Shown piece by piece: positions 20,767-31,314 of a stretch of DNA of 64,000 bases. Both the position numbers and the translations under genes were made by a program. How positions within the stretch are numbered: the first letter of the stretch is position 1; the number at the start of each line of letters is the position of its first letter. Under the pieces are notes generated by a model. It was not told the DNA's origin. It did no database searches and worked only from the letters and a program-made list of their open reading frames with translations. The stretch is from an uncultured Planctomycetota bacterium (lineage in GTDB: Bacteria > Planctomycetota > Planctomycetia > Isosphaerales > Isosphaeraceae), in contig CAWGMQ010000006.1 in NCBI GenBank assembly GCA_963823665.1, positions 1,344,001 to 1,408,000 on the forward strand, written 5' to 3'.

Positions 20767-22188
20767 ATGCTTCGGGGTGATCGAATTCGTCAAAACACGC
20801 CTGCCAAGCCTGCGCCCCGCACGCATCGCTCCGTCCCATCCCCGCTCCTTCCCGGACCGCCCTGTCCCCCCGCTCCTTTCGCTCGCACGGGTCTCCTCGC
20901 CATCACCCTCGCAACGTTATTCAGCCTCACCGGCTGCCAGAACTTCGTCAGCCCTCTCGCAACCCTCAGAGCGGCTTACGACGGAGGCCTCGTCCGCGGT
21001 CCGACCAAGGAGGAAATGTCCGACTCCAGTTCCTCGATGAGCACCGATAACTTGCGCGACCGCTGGCTCACTCCGCGCCGAAGTCCCACTAACGCGGGTA
21101 GCGGCTCGTCCTCCACGCTGGTCCTCGGCTCCGACGGCTGGAAACCGATGACCAAGGCAGCCGCCGATCCGGCCGCCGAGGCCGAGTTCAATGCCGCCCA
21201 CACCCTCTTCCAGCAAGGCAAGCTCGACGAGGCTGAAAAGGAATTCGCCAGGATCGCCAAGAAGCGAAAAGGATCCCCCGTCGGCGAAGACAGCCAGTAC
21301 TATCTCGGCGAGACTCAATTCCAGCGCCAGAACTACTCCAGGGCTCACGACAGTTTCGAGTTGCTGCACAAAGACTATCCCGCAAGCGACTACATCGACA
21401 AGGCAGTCGCGCGCGAGTACGAGATGGCCCAGCTCTGGTTTGCCCAGGCTGACTCCAAAACCCCCAAGGAGAAGCTCCTCCCCTGGTACGGTCGCTTTGA
21501 CGGCCGGCTGCCGCTAATCGACATTCAGGGCAATGCTCTCAAAGCCCTCGAACACGTTCGCCAGAACGATCCCCTCGGCCCGCTGGCGGAAACGGCAACC
21601 AGAGGCATCGCTGAATACTATGTCCGCCACCGCGACTACGATTCTGCCGTCCAATATTACGACCAGTACATGCAGGAATACCGCAAAAGTCCTCATCTCT
21701 ACGACGTCCAGCTCGCCGCCATCGACGCTCACTTGAAAGGCTATCTCGGGCCCGATTACGACGCCTCCGGCCTCGGCAAAGCTCGCACCCTGGTCAGAAG
21801 GACCATGGAAGACCATCGCCAGATTCAAGTCGGCGAAGGGCTCTATCATACCCTCGACGTGATCAACGAGGCCGAGGCCGAAAAGACCTACAAGGTCGCG
21901 GCTCACTACAAGAAAATCGGCAAGGTCGCTTCCGCCGAATACTACTTCGGAAAGCTCCCCAGGCGCTGGCCCAATAGCCCCTGGGCCGTGAAGGCCAAAA
22001 CCGAGCTCGCCGAGCTCGCCAAACTCCCGCGAACACCCTCCAAGCCCAGCCGCATCATCATCCCTCCAGGCGGCACCGACATGTCCGGCGGCGGCATGGG
22101 CGGCATGGGTGGCATGGGTATGGGCGGGATGGGTATGGGCGGCATGGGTATGGGCGGCATGCCCATGGGCGGCATGGGAATGATGTAA
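20767..22188 (+). CDS. bamD: Outer membrane assembly lipoprotein BamD-like TPR protein with a GGM-repeat tail
   Basis: Lipobox LTGC, TPR helices, YLGPDYD, A..Y.K.GK..SA.YYF...WPNSPWA; located between recO and lptE. Confidence 0.78.
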   Translation: MLRGDRIRQNTPAKPAPRTHRSVPSPLLPGPPCPPAPFARTGLLAITLATLFSLTGCQNFVSPLATLRAAYDGGLVRGPTKEEMSDSSSSMSTDNLRDRWLTPRRSPTNAGSGSSSTLVLGSDGWKPMTKAAADPAAEAEFNAAHTLFQQGKLDEAEKEFARIAKKRKGSPVGEDSQYYLGETQFQRQNYSRAHDSFELLHKDYPASDYIDKAVAREYEMAQLWFAQADSKTPKEKLLPWYGRFDGRLPLIDIQGNALKALEHVRQNDPLGPLAETATRGIAEYYVRHRDYDSAVQYYDQYMQEYRKSPHLYDVQLAAIDAHLKGYLGPDYDASGLGKARTLVRRTMEDHRQIQVGEGLYHTLDVINEAEAEKTYKVAAHYKKIGKVASAEYYFGKLPRRWPNSPWAVKAKTELAELAKLPRTPSKPSRIIIPPGGTDMSGGGMGGMGGMGMGGMGMGGMGMGGMPMGGMGMM

Positions 22189-22206
22189 CGAACGGGAGAG
22201 AGCGCT

Positions 22207-22845
22207 ATGCTACGATCCGACTCTCCGAGTCCCACGCGTGCAGCCCCCGGCATCCGATCCTCGTTCACCTTGCGCCTGGTCCTGGCCCTGATGACGGCTT
22301 GCTTCGCCGGCTGCGGCTCGCTGAGAAACACCAACGCGAACGGCGACCACGACGGTTTCTTCGGCTGGCATTTCCACGCACCTTTCGATACCTCCGAGGT
22401 CAAGACCGTCGCCATCTTTTTCAAGTCAAACGTCTTCCGCCGCGACCTCCAGCAGATGCTCACCGAAGCCGTGATCAAGGAGATCAACCTCCGCACGCCT
22501 TACCGTGTCGTCGCCAATCCCGAAAACGCAGACTCCCTCCTTACCGCCAGCATCACGTCCGACAACAAGAACCTGGTTGTCGAGTCCCCCACGAACTTCG
22601 CGCGCGAGCTCAACGCCACGATCGTCGTGCAGGCAAACTGGACACACAACCCTGCTACCGACATCGAAGTCGCGCGAACACCGACACTGATCTCGGAAAC
22701 CCTCAACTTCGTCCCCGAAGTCGGCCAGACCACCCTCTCCGCCTACAACCAGGTGATTCAGAGCATCGCCAAGCAGTTAGTTGATATGATGGAAGAGCGC
22801 CTGGTACCTGCCTCAGGACCTGGAATAATCAAACTGCGTTCCTGA
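22207..22845 (+). CDS. lptE: LPS assembly lipoprotein LptE-like
   Basis: Lipobox FAGC, VKTVA..F....FRRDL...LTEAV.KEI..RTPY.VV, ADSLL; last codons probably frameshifted. Confidence 0.7.
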   Translation: MLRSDSPSPTRAAPGIRSSFTLRLVLALMTACFAGCGSLRNTNANGDHDGFFGWHFHAPFDTSEVKTVAIFFKSNVFRRDLQQMLTEAVIKEINLRTPYRVVANPENADSLLTASITSDNKNLVVESPTNFARELNATIVVQANWTHNPATDIEVARTPTLISETLNFVPEVGQTTLSAYNQVIQSIAKQLVDMMEERLVPASGPGIIKLRS

Positions 22846-22917
22846 TCGAGGCGTTCTCCAGGCAATTCATCGCATCGGCTGTTCCGATCTCCCTGATTCG
22901 ACCGATCGAGTGCAAGA

Positions 22918-23787
22918 TTGAGCCCCCGGTCCACCACACTCTGGGAAGCCCGCGGCCGCACGGTCTTTAGCCCGTCGGATCCCGTTCCCAAAGTGATGGG
23001 CATCCTGAACCTGACGCCGGACAGCTTCTCCGACGGCGGCGAGATCGAAGATCTTCTCGAAGCGATCGCTCTCGCGAAGCGCCTGGCCGCACAGGGCGCC
23101 GACATCCTCGACGTGGGTGGCGAATCGACCCGCCCGGGTGCAGAGCCTGTCTCCCTCCTGGAAGAAGCACGACGAATCATCCCGGTCGTGGAGGCAATCG
23201 CCGCGCAGCTCGAGATCCCCATCTCGATCGACACCACCAAGGCCGAGGTGGCCCGCCTGGCCTTGGCCGCCGGTGCCTCGATCATCAACGATACCAGCGC
23301 GCTGGCCGCCGATCCCGCCATGGCGCCAGTCGTCGCTGAATCCGGGGCCGGCGTCGTCCTCATGCACATGCAAGGCACCCCCGCCACCATGCAGGCTAAT
23401 CCTTCTTATCAGGATGTTGTCATCGAGGTGTACGACTTCCTCGCTCGCCGCATAGAGTGGGCCCAGAGCCACGGCATCCCGCGCCAGCAAATTGCCATTG
23501 ACCCCGGAATCGGCTTCGGCAAGACCTTCGAGCACAACCTCGAGATCTTGCGGAATCTTGAACGTTTTGACACGCTGGGGTGTCCCATCCTGGTCGGCCT
23601 GTCGCGCAAAGGGTTTCTCGGTTCGATCACGGGCAAGCCGGTTTCCGAGCGCACCGCGGCGACCGTCGCCGCCTCGCTCGACGCATGCCGCCGTGGTGCC
23701 CGGATCGTCCGCGTTCACGATGTCGCCGCAATGGTCGACGCCATCCGCGTCTGGACCGCCTTGAAGAACTGGGAGGTTCGCACATGA
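22918..23787 (+). CDS. folP: Dihydropteroate synthase
   Basis: MGILNLTPDSFSDGG, DVGGESTRPGA, SIDT, LMHMQG, DPGIGFGK, SRK, RVHDV. Confidence 0.97.
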   Translation: MSPRSTTLWEARGRTVFSPSDPVPKVMGILNLTPDSFSDGGEIEDLLEAIALAKRLAAQGADILDVGGESTRPGAEPVSLLEEARRIIPVVEAIAAQLEIPISIDTTKAEVARLALAAGASIINDTSALAADPAMAPVVAESGAGVVLMHMQGTPATMQANPSYQDVVIEVYDFLARRIEWAQSHGIPRQQIAIDPGIGFGKTFEHNLEILRNLERFDTLGCPILVGLSRKGFLGSITGKPVSERTAATVAASLDACRRGARIVRVHDVAAMVDAIRVWTALKNWEVRT

Positions 23788-25087
23788 GCGCGCAAGCGGA
23801 AATCAAACCGAATCCGGAATCATATGCACTTGCGGAAACCAGCCTCTGCCGCACCATGGCCGAAGCCGCCAAAGCCGCCTCGCGCCGGCTCGCCATCACC
23901 CGGGGTGAGATCCGGAACACCTGGCTGCGCAAGTGCTGCTGCCTCGCTTCTCGAGCGCCGTCACGAAGTCCTCGCCGCCAACGCCCGCGACATCTCCGAG
24001 GCCAGGACCGCGGGTCTCTCCGCCGCCGCCATCGAGCGATTGACCCTGACCGATACCCGCTTGGGCGACATCGCCCAGAGCCTCCTGGACGTCGCCGCAC
24101 TCCCCGACCCGATCGGCGAGGTTGTCACCGCGAGCCGGCGGCCCAATGGACTCGACGTTCGCCAGGTCCGCGTTCCGCTCGGCGTCATCTTCATGATCTT
24201 CGAGAGCCGGCCCAACGTCACAGTCGACGCCGCCGCCCTCTGCGTCAAGAGCGGAAACGCGGTCATCCTCCGCGGCGGCAAGGAAGCGATCGGCACCAAC
24301 AGTATGCTGCACCGCGTTCTCGCCGATCAACTGGTGCCCTGCGGCCTGCCCGAGGCCTCCGTTCAGCTTGTCGCCACCGTCGATCGCGCGGCCGTCGCTG
24401 AGTTCCTGGCCCTCTCGGATCTGATCGACCTCGCCATCCCGCGCGGTGGCGAAAGCCTGATTCGCCGCGTCGTCGCCGAGGCGACCATGCCCGTCCTGAA
24501 ACACTACCAGGGCAATTGCCACGTCTACGTCGACTCACGCTGCGACCTCGATCTGGCCGTCAAGATCATCGTGAACGCGAAGGTCTCCCGCCCCGCAGTC
24601 TGCAACGCCGCCGAAACGCTCCTGGTGCATCAGGCGATCGCGCCCCGAGTTCCTTCCCCTCGCCGCCGAGGCACTTTTCCGCGAGGGGGTCGAGCTCCGC
24701 GGTGATGCCGCGGCCAGACAAATTGTCCCGGCCATGAAGCCCGCGCACGTCACGGACTGGGATACCGAGTATCTCGACAAGATCCTGGCAGTCGCCGTCG
24801 TCGATTCCCTGGACGATGCCATCGCCCATATCACGCGACATGGCTCCGGTCACACCGACGCCATCGTCACCCTCGATCTGCCCTCCGCCCAGCGCTTCAT
24901 CGCCGAAGTCGACAGCTCGGCCGTGATCGTCAACGCCAGCACCCGCTTCAACGACGGCGGCCAGCTCGGCCTGGGCGCCGAAATCGGCATCAGCACCGAC
25001 AAAATCCACGCCCGCGGCCCCTGCGGATTAAGAGAGCTGACGACCACAAAGTGGATCATCTTCGGCGAGGGCCAAATCCGCGAATGA
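23784..25087 (+). CDS. proA: Glutamate-5-semialdehyde dehydrogenase (frameshifts near 23930 and 24650)
   Basis: [79 protein letters not shown]; start overlaps the folP stop. Confidence 0.93.
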
Positions 25088-25104
25088 AACAGGCCTGTCG
25101 TGCT

Positions 25105-25182
25105 CTTAATCTTAATCCTAATCCTAATCTTAATCTTAATCTTAATCTTAATCTTAATCTTAATCCTAATCCTAACCCTAAT
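25105..25182. repeat. Hexamer tandem array (CYTAAT) x13
   Basis: Counted directly: CTTAAT/CCTAAT units plus one CCTAAC, between convergent proA and VWA genes. Confidence 0.95.
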
Positions 25183-25207
25183 CTCCTATCCATCTCCCCG
25201 CCTGTTC

Positions 25208-27955
25208 CTACTTCCCCTCCAAACCCCGATTCCTGATATCCCGCGCCTTCTTCACCAACCCGGTGAATTCCTTCCTGTACCCCGACTCATCCCCCTCACT
25301 CACCTGCCCCGCAATCTCCAACACCCCATCAAACGTAATCGTCCCCTTATACTTCGAATCTCGCAGCAACATCCCGAACCCCGCAACCGCCGCCGCAAAC
25401 TTCAGGTCCCCTGAAGCCCGGCCAAAATCAACCCCTTCATCCACAACCGGGTACACCAAAGGCACGCTCTTATCCTCATTCGGCTTCTTGTACCGCAGAT
25501 TGACGACGAACGAGTTCGCTCGCCTGGGTTCCTTGCCGCTCTCGGTTTTCTTCGCGGCATCCTTCAAGGCGACCTCTCGCCCCCGTTCGCCCACCTTCGC
25601 CGGCACCAGCTCGTAAAGCGCCGTCACGTGATGCCCCGCCCCGATCTCCCCCGCATCCTTGGCATCATTATCGAAGTCTTCGTTCGCCAGCGCCCGATTT
25701 TCATAACCGATCAGCCGATATTCGGCCACTTGCGCCGGATTGAAGTCGACCTGGATCTTCACGTCCTTCGCGACCGTGACCAGCGTCGAGCCCATCTCCT
25801 TCACGAGCACCCGATAAGCCTCGTGCGGCGAGTCGATATACGCGTAGTGGCCATTGCCCTTGTCGGCAAGCTGCTCCAGCTTGGCATCCTTGATGTTTCC
25901 CATACCGAAGCCGAGCACGCTCAGAAAAACGCCCGATTTCGCCTTTTCAGTGATCAGCTCCATGAGCTTCTTGTCATCGGTGATCCCGACGTTGAAATCA
26001 CCGTCGGTGGCCAGGATGACCCGATTGGTCCCATTCTTGATGAAGTTCTTGACGGCGACGTCATAAGCGAGCTGAATGCCCTCGCCGCCATTCGTCGAGC
26101 CGCCGGCCTTCAGCCGGTCGATCGCCGTCATGATCTCGGCCTTCTTCTGGCAAGACGTCGACGGCAGAACGAGCCCCGCTGCTCCCAGGTAGACAACGAT
26201 CGCCACGCGATCATTTTCGCCGAGCTGCTCGACCATTCTCTGCAAGCCCCACTGCACCAGCTTTAGCTTGTCTGGCTCGTCCATCGACCCCGAAACATCC
26301 ACCAGGAACACGAGATTGCTGGCCGGTCGGTTGGCCTGATCAATCGGTTTGGCGGCAATGCCGATGCGCGCCAGTCGGTGCGCAGCATTCCACGGGCACC
26401 CGCTCACCTCGACGTGCACCGCAAACGGCTGATCGCTCGCATCGGCCGCCGGCGAATCGTGATAAGGGAAGTAGTTGAGCATCTCTTCAATGCGAACGGC
26501 ATCACGCGGCGGCAGCGATTCCTGGTTCAAGAACCGCCGGATCATCACGTAGCTCGCCGTATCGACGTCAATCGAGAACGTCGACTGCAGCGCCTTGGCG
26601 GTGAGCAAGAACGCGTTCTCGACGATCGGCGCAAACGCCTCTGCATCGGCGACGACTTCTTGCTCGATCCTCGCTTCGACTTGCTGCTCGGGTGCATTCT
26701 GGGCGAGATTCTGTTGCACATCCTTGACTTCCTTGTCGGTCGGTTTCGGCAACGCGGCATTGCCTTCGTTTGCCGGCGGAGTGAACCCCAGTTGAGTCTT
26801 CTGGCCAGCCCGCGCGGGATCACCGCCGTTTTGCATTTGCCCGGCAGGTGCCTTCGCGAGCGTCAGGTCCTCTCGAAGCTCCGCACCAGGCGCCCGAGCG
26901 GCGGGTGCCGCGGCCGCCGGGGCTGCCTCGGTTGCCTTTCCGGTTGCTCCGGCCGATAGCGGGCTCGCGCCTTGCTTCGCTTCTCCCGCCAATCGCTCAT
27001 CAGTCGGCGCCGCGGTCGGCGTCGGACGTGACGGAGCGCCTTGCTTGGCCTTGGCATCGAGCGGCGCTTCGAGGTCGTTCAATTCCGCCAGGCGCTTTCG
27101 CCGGCGGAGAGCAAGCGAGTCTGCCCCCGGTGCGGCCGCAGCCGGGTACACTGAACGCTCGGCGGGCGCCGAAGCTCCCGTCACCACGGTAGCGCCTGGT
27201 GCCGGCGGCATCGCCGGACCAGAACCGCCCGCTCCGGTCTGGCTCACTTTCCCGAGTTTCCTGGCGACCAGCGCGCGCTGCTCGCCACGGTCAGTTGCTC
27301 CGCCCATGCCGCCGCGCCGACCCTCGGGGGCAATCGCCGTCACATCCGCCTCCTCTCCGTATGCATCGACAAACCCTTCTCCCGCCGGCTTGTTCGCGGC
27401 GCCCTGGCTCACTCCGAGATCTCGAGACACGCCCTCGCCCGTCTCGGTGGAGGCGCGTAAGGCCACCGCCGCCGGCGCCGCAGCCGCCGTCTTTTCCGAA
27501 ATACGATTCCGGACACGCTTCGCCTGCGGGGCGGGCGCGGTCGATCGTTCGCCCGGTTCTGCGAGGGCAATCCGATCCAATTCTCGGCGCTGCTTCACAT
27601 CCACACGAACAAACGGCACGACCGCCAGCCCCACAAGCGCCAGCACCGCCGCCGCGATCAAATTCATCCGGATTGCGGGCCGTCCCCACCACCGCCGTCG
27701 CGGCGCATCCGAATTCGCCACGATCTCGCCGGCAACATGATGGTTGTTGATCCCGGCCTTCTCCACCGGATGATGCGCTCGACTCTCCGCTTGAAGCTGT
27801 TCGGAGAGCCACCGCGTCGTCAACCGGATCTCTTCGACCGCCTCGCGACAGTCGGCCGAATCGATGAGATTTGCCTCGACCACCGCGCGCTCGGTGGGAT
27901 CGAGCTCGCCAAGCACGAATGCCGTCAGCCGGGGATCGTTGGGGTCAATGTTCAT
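25208..27955 (-). CDS. Anti-sigma-like N-terminus + TM + YfbK-type VWA/DUF3520 protein (copy 2)
   Basis: LTAFVLGEL...C N-terminus, TM helix, [68 protein letters not shown]. Confidence 0.9.
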   Translation of the reverse strand: MNIDPNDPRLTAFVLGELDPTERAVVEANLIDSADCREAVEEIRLTTRWLSEQLQAESRAHHPVEKAGINNHHVAGEIVANSDAPRRRWWGRPAIRMNLIAAAVLALVGLAVVPFVRVDVKQRRELDRIALAEPGERSTAPAPQAKRVRNRISEKTAAAAPAAVALRASTETGEGVSRDLGVSQGAANKPAGEGFVDAYGEEADVTAIAPEGRRGGMGGATDRGEQRALVARKLGKVSQTGAGGSGPAMPPAPGATVVTGASAPAERSVYPAAAAPGADSLALRRRKRLAELNDLEAPLDAKAKQGAPSRPTPTAAPTDERLAGEAKQGASPLSAGATGKATEAAPAAAAPAARAPGAELREDLTLAKAPAGQMQNGGDPARAGQKTQLGFTPPANEGNAALPKPTDKEVKDVQQNLAQNAPEQQVEARIEQEVVADAEAFAPIVENAFLLTAKALQSTFSIDVDTASYVMIRRFLNQESLPPRDAVRIEEMLNYFPYHDSPAADASDQPFAVHVEVSGCPWNAAHRLARIGIAAKPIDQANRPASNLVFLVDVSGSMDEPDKLKLVQWGLQRMVEQLGENDRVAIVVYLGAAGLVLPSTSCQKKAEIMTAIDRLKAGGSTNGGEGIQLAYDVAVKNFIKNGTNRVILATDGDFNVGITDDKKLMELITEKAKSGVFLSVLGFGMGNIKDAKLEQLADKGNGHYAYIDSPHEAYRVLVKEMGSTLVTVAKDVKIQVDFNPAQVAEYRLIGYENRALANEDFDNDAKDAGEIGAGHHVTALYELVPAKVGERGREVALKDAAKKTESGKEPRRANSFVVNLRYKKPNEDKSVPLVYPVVDEGVDFGRASGDLKFAAAVAGFGMLLRDSKYKGTITFDGVLEIAGQVSEGDESGYRKEFTGLVKKARDIRNRGLEGK

Positions 27956-28504
27956 GATAGGCTCTCCTCTCGATCGGCACCGGACCTGGCAGCTTCGCCG
28001 GCAAAGAGTTGAACACGAAGCGCCTTGACCCCGGCATGAATCAAGTAGCCCACGTTGGACACGCTATGTCCGCTGATCCGGCTGATTTCCTGGTAGGAAA
28101 ACCCGTTCTGAAACTTGAGGCGAATGACCTCGCGCTGATTGACGGGCAAGACCTCGAGCAAGTCGAGCACCCGCGACGCCAGGTCTCGCCTGACCGCGGC
28201 CTCGAGTGGTCCCGGATCCGGGCTGAGGCAGCGCTGCACCTGCTCTTCGTGCAACTGAGTCATCCGATTCTCCTTCCGCAGCACATCGAGCGCCCGGTTG
28301 CGGCAGACAGTGAACAGCCACTCGGCCAGGTGCCCGTCGATCGATTCAAACTCGGAGGCGCACAGCTTGAGGAACGTATCCTGCACCACATCTCGCGCAG
28401 CCTCGGCATCTCGCAGCAGGCGCGGCATACAACAAGAGCGGCCCCTCAAACCGGGCCACCGCATCCCGTACCCATGACTGCTGCTCGCCCATTACTTGCA
28501 ACAT
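27952..28504 (-). CDS. ECF sigma factor (copy 2; frameshift near 28430)
   Basis: [47 protein letters not shown] overlap with the VWA gene. Confidence 0.88.
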
Positions 28505-28542
28505 CAGCCCACTCGAAAGGAATTCCAGTTCCGTCAACCCAT

Positions 28543-31314
28543 TCACGGCATGTCTCGCACCGTTCGTTCCCGGATTTCCTTCGCTTTCCTCACCAACCCC
28601 ATGAACTCTTTCCGATACCCCGATTGATCACCCTCACTCACCGTCCCCGCGATCTCCAGAACCCCATCAAACGTAATCGTCCCCTTATACTTCGAATCTC
28701 GCAGCAGCATCCCGAATCCCGCAACGGCCGCCGCAAACTTGAGATCTCCGGATGCCCTCCCAAAATCAACTCCGTCATCCACAACCGGGTAGACCAGAGG
28801 TTCGCTCTTATCCTCATTCGGCTTCTTGTACCGCAGATTGACGACGAACGAATTCGCCCGCCGCTGCGCTTTCCCCTCTCGCTTCACCGCGACATCCTTC
28901 TGTGCAACCTCCTGCCTTCCTCCGTCCGCCTTCGCCGGCACCAGCTCGTAAAGCGCCGTCACGTGGTGCCCCGCTCCGATCTCCCCCGCATCCTTGGCGT
29001 CGTTGTTGAAGTCTTTATTCGCGAGAGCCCGGTTTTCGTACCCGATCAGTCGATATTCGGCAACCTGATCGGGAATGAAGTCGACCTGGATCTTCACGTC
29101 CTTGGCGACCGTGACCAGCGTCGCGGCCATACCAGTCACCAGCACCCGGTAAGCCTCGCGGGGCGAGTCGATGTAGGCAAAATGACCGTTCCCTTTGTCA
29201 GCGAGCTTCTCCAGCTTGGCGTCCTTGACGCCCATCCCAAACCCCAGCACGCTCAGAAAAACGCCCGATTTTGCCTTCTGCGTGATCAGCTCGACAAGCT
29301 TGTCGTCGTCGGAAATGCCGACGTTGAACTCGCCGTCAGTCGCCAGGATCACCCGATTGGTCCCATTCTGGATGAAGTTCTTGGTCGCGATGTCATAGGC
29401 GAGCTGAATACCCGCCCCGCCGTTCGTCGAGCCTCCGGCCTTGAGCCGGCCAATCGCCGCCATCACCTCGGGTTTCTTCTGACAGGAAGTCGACGGCAGA
29501 ACCAACCCCGCGGCCCCCGCATACACGACGATTGCCACCCGGTCATTCTCGCCAAGCTGCTCCACCAGCCTTTGCAAGCCCCACTGCACCAGCGGCAGTC
29601 TGTCGGGCTCGTCCATCGACCCCGAAACATCCACCAGGAACACGAGATTGCTGGCCGGCCGATTGGCCTGATCAATCGGTTTGGCCGCAATGCCGATGCG
29701 CGCCAGCCGGTGCGCAGCATTCCACGGGCACCCGCCCACCTCGACGTGCACCGCAAACGGTTGATCGCTCGCATCAGCCGCCGGCGAATCGTGATACGGA
29801 AAATAGTTGAGCATCTCTTCAATGCGAACGTCTTCACGCGGCGGCAGCGAGTCTTGCTTCAAGCACCGCCGGATCATGGCGTAGCTCGCCGTATCGACAT
29901 CGATCGAAAACGTCGACAACCGCTCCTTGCTCGTGAGCTGAAACGCGTTCTCCACGATCGGCGCAGCCTCCTCGTCGGCAACGATTTTTTCTTTCTCCTC
30001 GCCTCCGACTTGCTGCGCGGGTAGTTTCCGGGCCAGCTTTTGTTCGAGATCGGCAAGTTCTCCGTCTTTTCCTTTACTGGGCGGAGCGCCACCCGCTCCG
30101 GCCGCCGGAGCCTTGAACGCGAAGTCTGGCTCGCCTTCTCGCCCGCGAGCACTGCCTTTTTGCAGTTCCCCCAGCGGCGCCTTCCCGGCCGCCATTCCAT
30201 CATGCAGCCCCTCCGCGATCCGCGCCTCCTGGCCACGCGAGGCATCTGCCGGCATGGGGGCTGGCACGGCTGCTGCCGAGCTCTCGCCCCGCTGCGGTTC
30301 GCGGGAAAATCCCTCAGCAGCCTTGGTCGCGCCCGGCACCGCACCTGCCGGAGCGTCTTTCTTATCCTCCGGTGCCGCACCTCGCATAGCGCCTTTGATA
30401 TTCTTTGGCTGCGGCTGCCCTCGTGAGTCGCGCGATTCCATCGCGCGACTCTGCGTGCGCAGGGCAACCAACGCTTCCCGCCGTGCAGCCGGAGCTGACC
30501 TCTTGGCCGCCTCGCCGGACGGTTGTGCTCCCGCCGCAACAACCCGTGGTGCCGGCGGCGTCGCCGGCGCGGATCCGCCCGCGACCGCGAGTTTCTTGCC
30601 GGTCATCGCGGGCTGCTTGCTCCTGTCAGCCCCTCCGCCCATGCTCCCGAGCTGACCTCCCCGGGCAGCAGCCGGCGCATCCACGTCCTGAAATGCAAAC
30701 TCGGCCGGTTGGGCCGCCGGCTTGTTCGGGGCGCCTCGGCTGAGTCCAAAACCTCGGGACACGCCCTCGCCCCTGTCGTCCGCGGTCGATAACGGCACGG
30801 CCGCCGGTGCCGCGGCCAGAGGCGACGCAGGAGCAGCCGCCGGAGCGGGCGCCGCCTCGCCGAATCGATCATAGTCACGATTCGTCTGGTCCTCGATGGC
30901 TCGTTTCCCACTCTTCTTGAGGTGCGCAACGCGCTCGAGTTCTCGGCGCGGCTGCACATCCACACGAACAAGCGGCACGACCGCCAGCCCCACAAGCGCC
31001 AGCACCGCCGCCGCGATCAAATTCATCCGGATTGCGGGCCGTCCCCACCACCGCCGTCGCGGCGCATCCGAATTCGCCACGATCTCGCCGGCAACATGAT
31101 GGTTGTTGATCCCGGCCTTCTCCACCGGGTAATGCGCGCGACTCTCCGCTTGAAGCTGCTCGGAGAGCCACCGCGTCGTCAACCGGATCTCTTCGACCGC
31201 CTCGCGACAGTCGGCCGAATCGATGAGATTTGCCTCGACCACAGCACGCTCCGTGGGGTCGAGCTCGCCAAGCACGAATGCCGTCAGCCGGGGGTCGTTG
31301 GGGTCAATGTTCAT
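28543..31314 (-). CDS. Anti-sigma-like N-terminus + TM + YfbK-type VWA/DUF3520 protein (copy 1)
   Basis: Same architecture and motifs as 25208-27955. Confidence 0.9.
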   Translation of the reverse strand: MNIDPNDPRLTAFVLGELDPTERAVVEANLIDSADCREAVEEIRLTTRWLSEQLQAESRAHYPVEKAGINNHHVAGEIVANSDAPRRRWWGRPAIRMNLIAAAVLALVGLAVVPLVRVDVQPRRELERVAHLKKSGKRAIEDQTNRDYDRFGEAAPAPAAAPASPLAAAPAAVPLSTADDRGEGVSRGFGLSRGAPNKPAAQPAEFAFQDVDAPAAARGGQLGSMGGGADRSKQPAMTGKKLAVAGGSAPATPPAPRVVAAGAQPSGEAAKRSAPAARREALVALRTQSRAMESRDSRGQPQPKNIKGAMRGAAPEDKKDAPAGAVPGATKAAEGFSREPQRGESSAAAVPAPMPADASRGQEARIAEGLHDGMAAGKAPLGELQKGSARGREGEPDFAFKAPAAGAGGAPPSKGKDGELADLEQKLARKLPAQQVGGEEKEKIVADEEAAPIVENAFQLTSKERLSTFSIDVDTASYAMIRRCLKQDSLPPREDVRIEEMLNYFPYHDSPAADASDQPFAVHVEVGGCPWNAAHRLARIGIAAKPIDQANRPASNLVFLVDVSGSMDEPDRLPLVQWGLQRLVEQLGENDRVAIVVYAGAAGLVLPSTSCQKKPEVMAAIGRLKAGGSTNGGAGIQLAYDIATKNFIQNGTNRVILATDGEFNVGISDDDKLVELITQKAKSGVFLSVLGFGMGVKDAKLEKLADKGNGHFAYIDSPREAYRVLVTGMAATLVTVAKDVKIQVDFIPDQVAEYRLIGYENRALANKDFNNDAKDAGEIGAGHHVTALYELVPAKADGGRQEVAQKDVAVKREGKAQRRANSFVVNLRYKKPNEDKSEPLVYPVVDDGVDFGRASGDLKFAAAVAGFGMLLRDSKYKGTITFDGVLEIAGTVSEGDQSGYRKEFMGLVRKAKEIRERTVRDMP

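Noticed and set aside
1403..25087. uppS, DUF3326, lptE and proA as pseudogenes or programmed frameshifts
   Set aside because: Single-base shifts with intact motifs on both sides, including essential uppS, and no slippery-site pattern; best explained by assembly indels.
25051..25414. ORFs encoding poly-(LI) or poly-(NL/NP) peptides
   Set aside because: Translations of the hexamer repeat; no RBS or coding signal.
28009..30024. 671-aa + strand ORF, and similar long ORFs such as 5137-6642, 40-1200 and 9328-10515
   Set aside because: Antisense to well-supported genes; expected in high-GC DNA.
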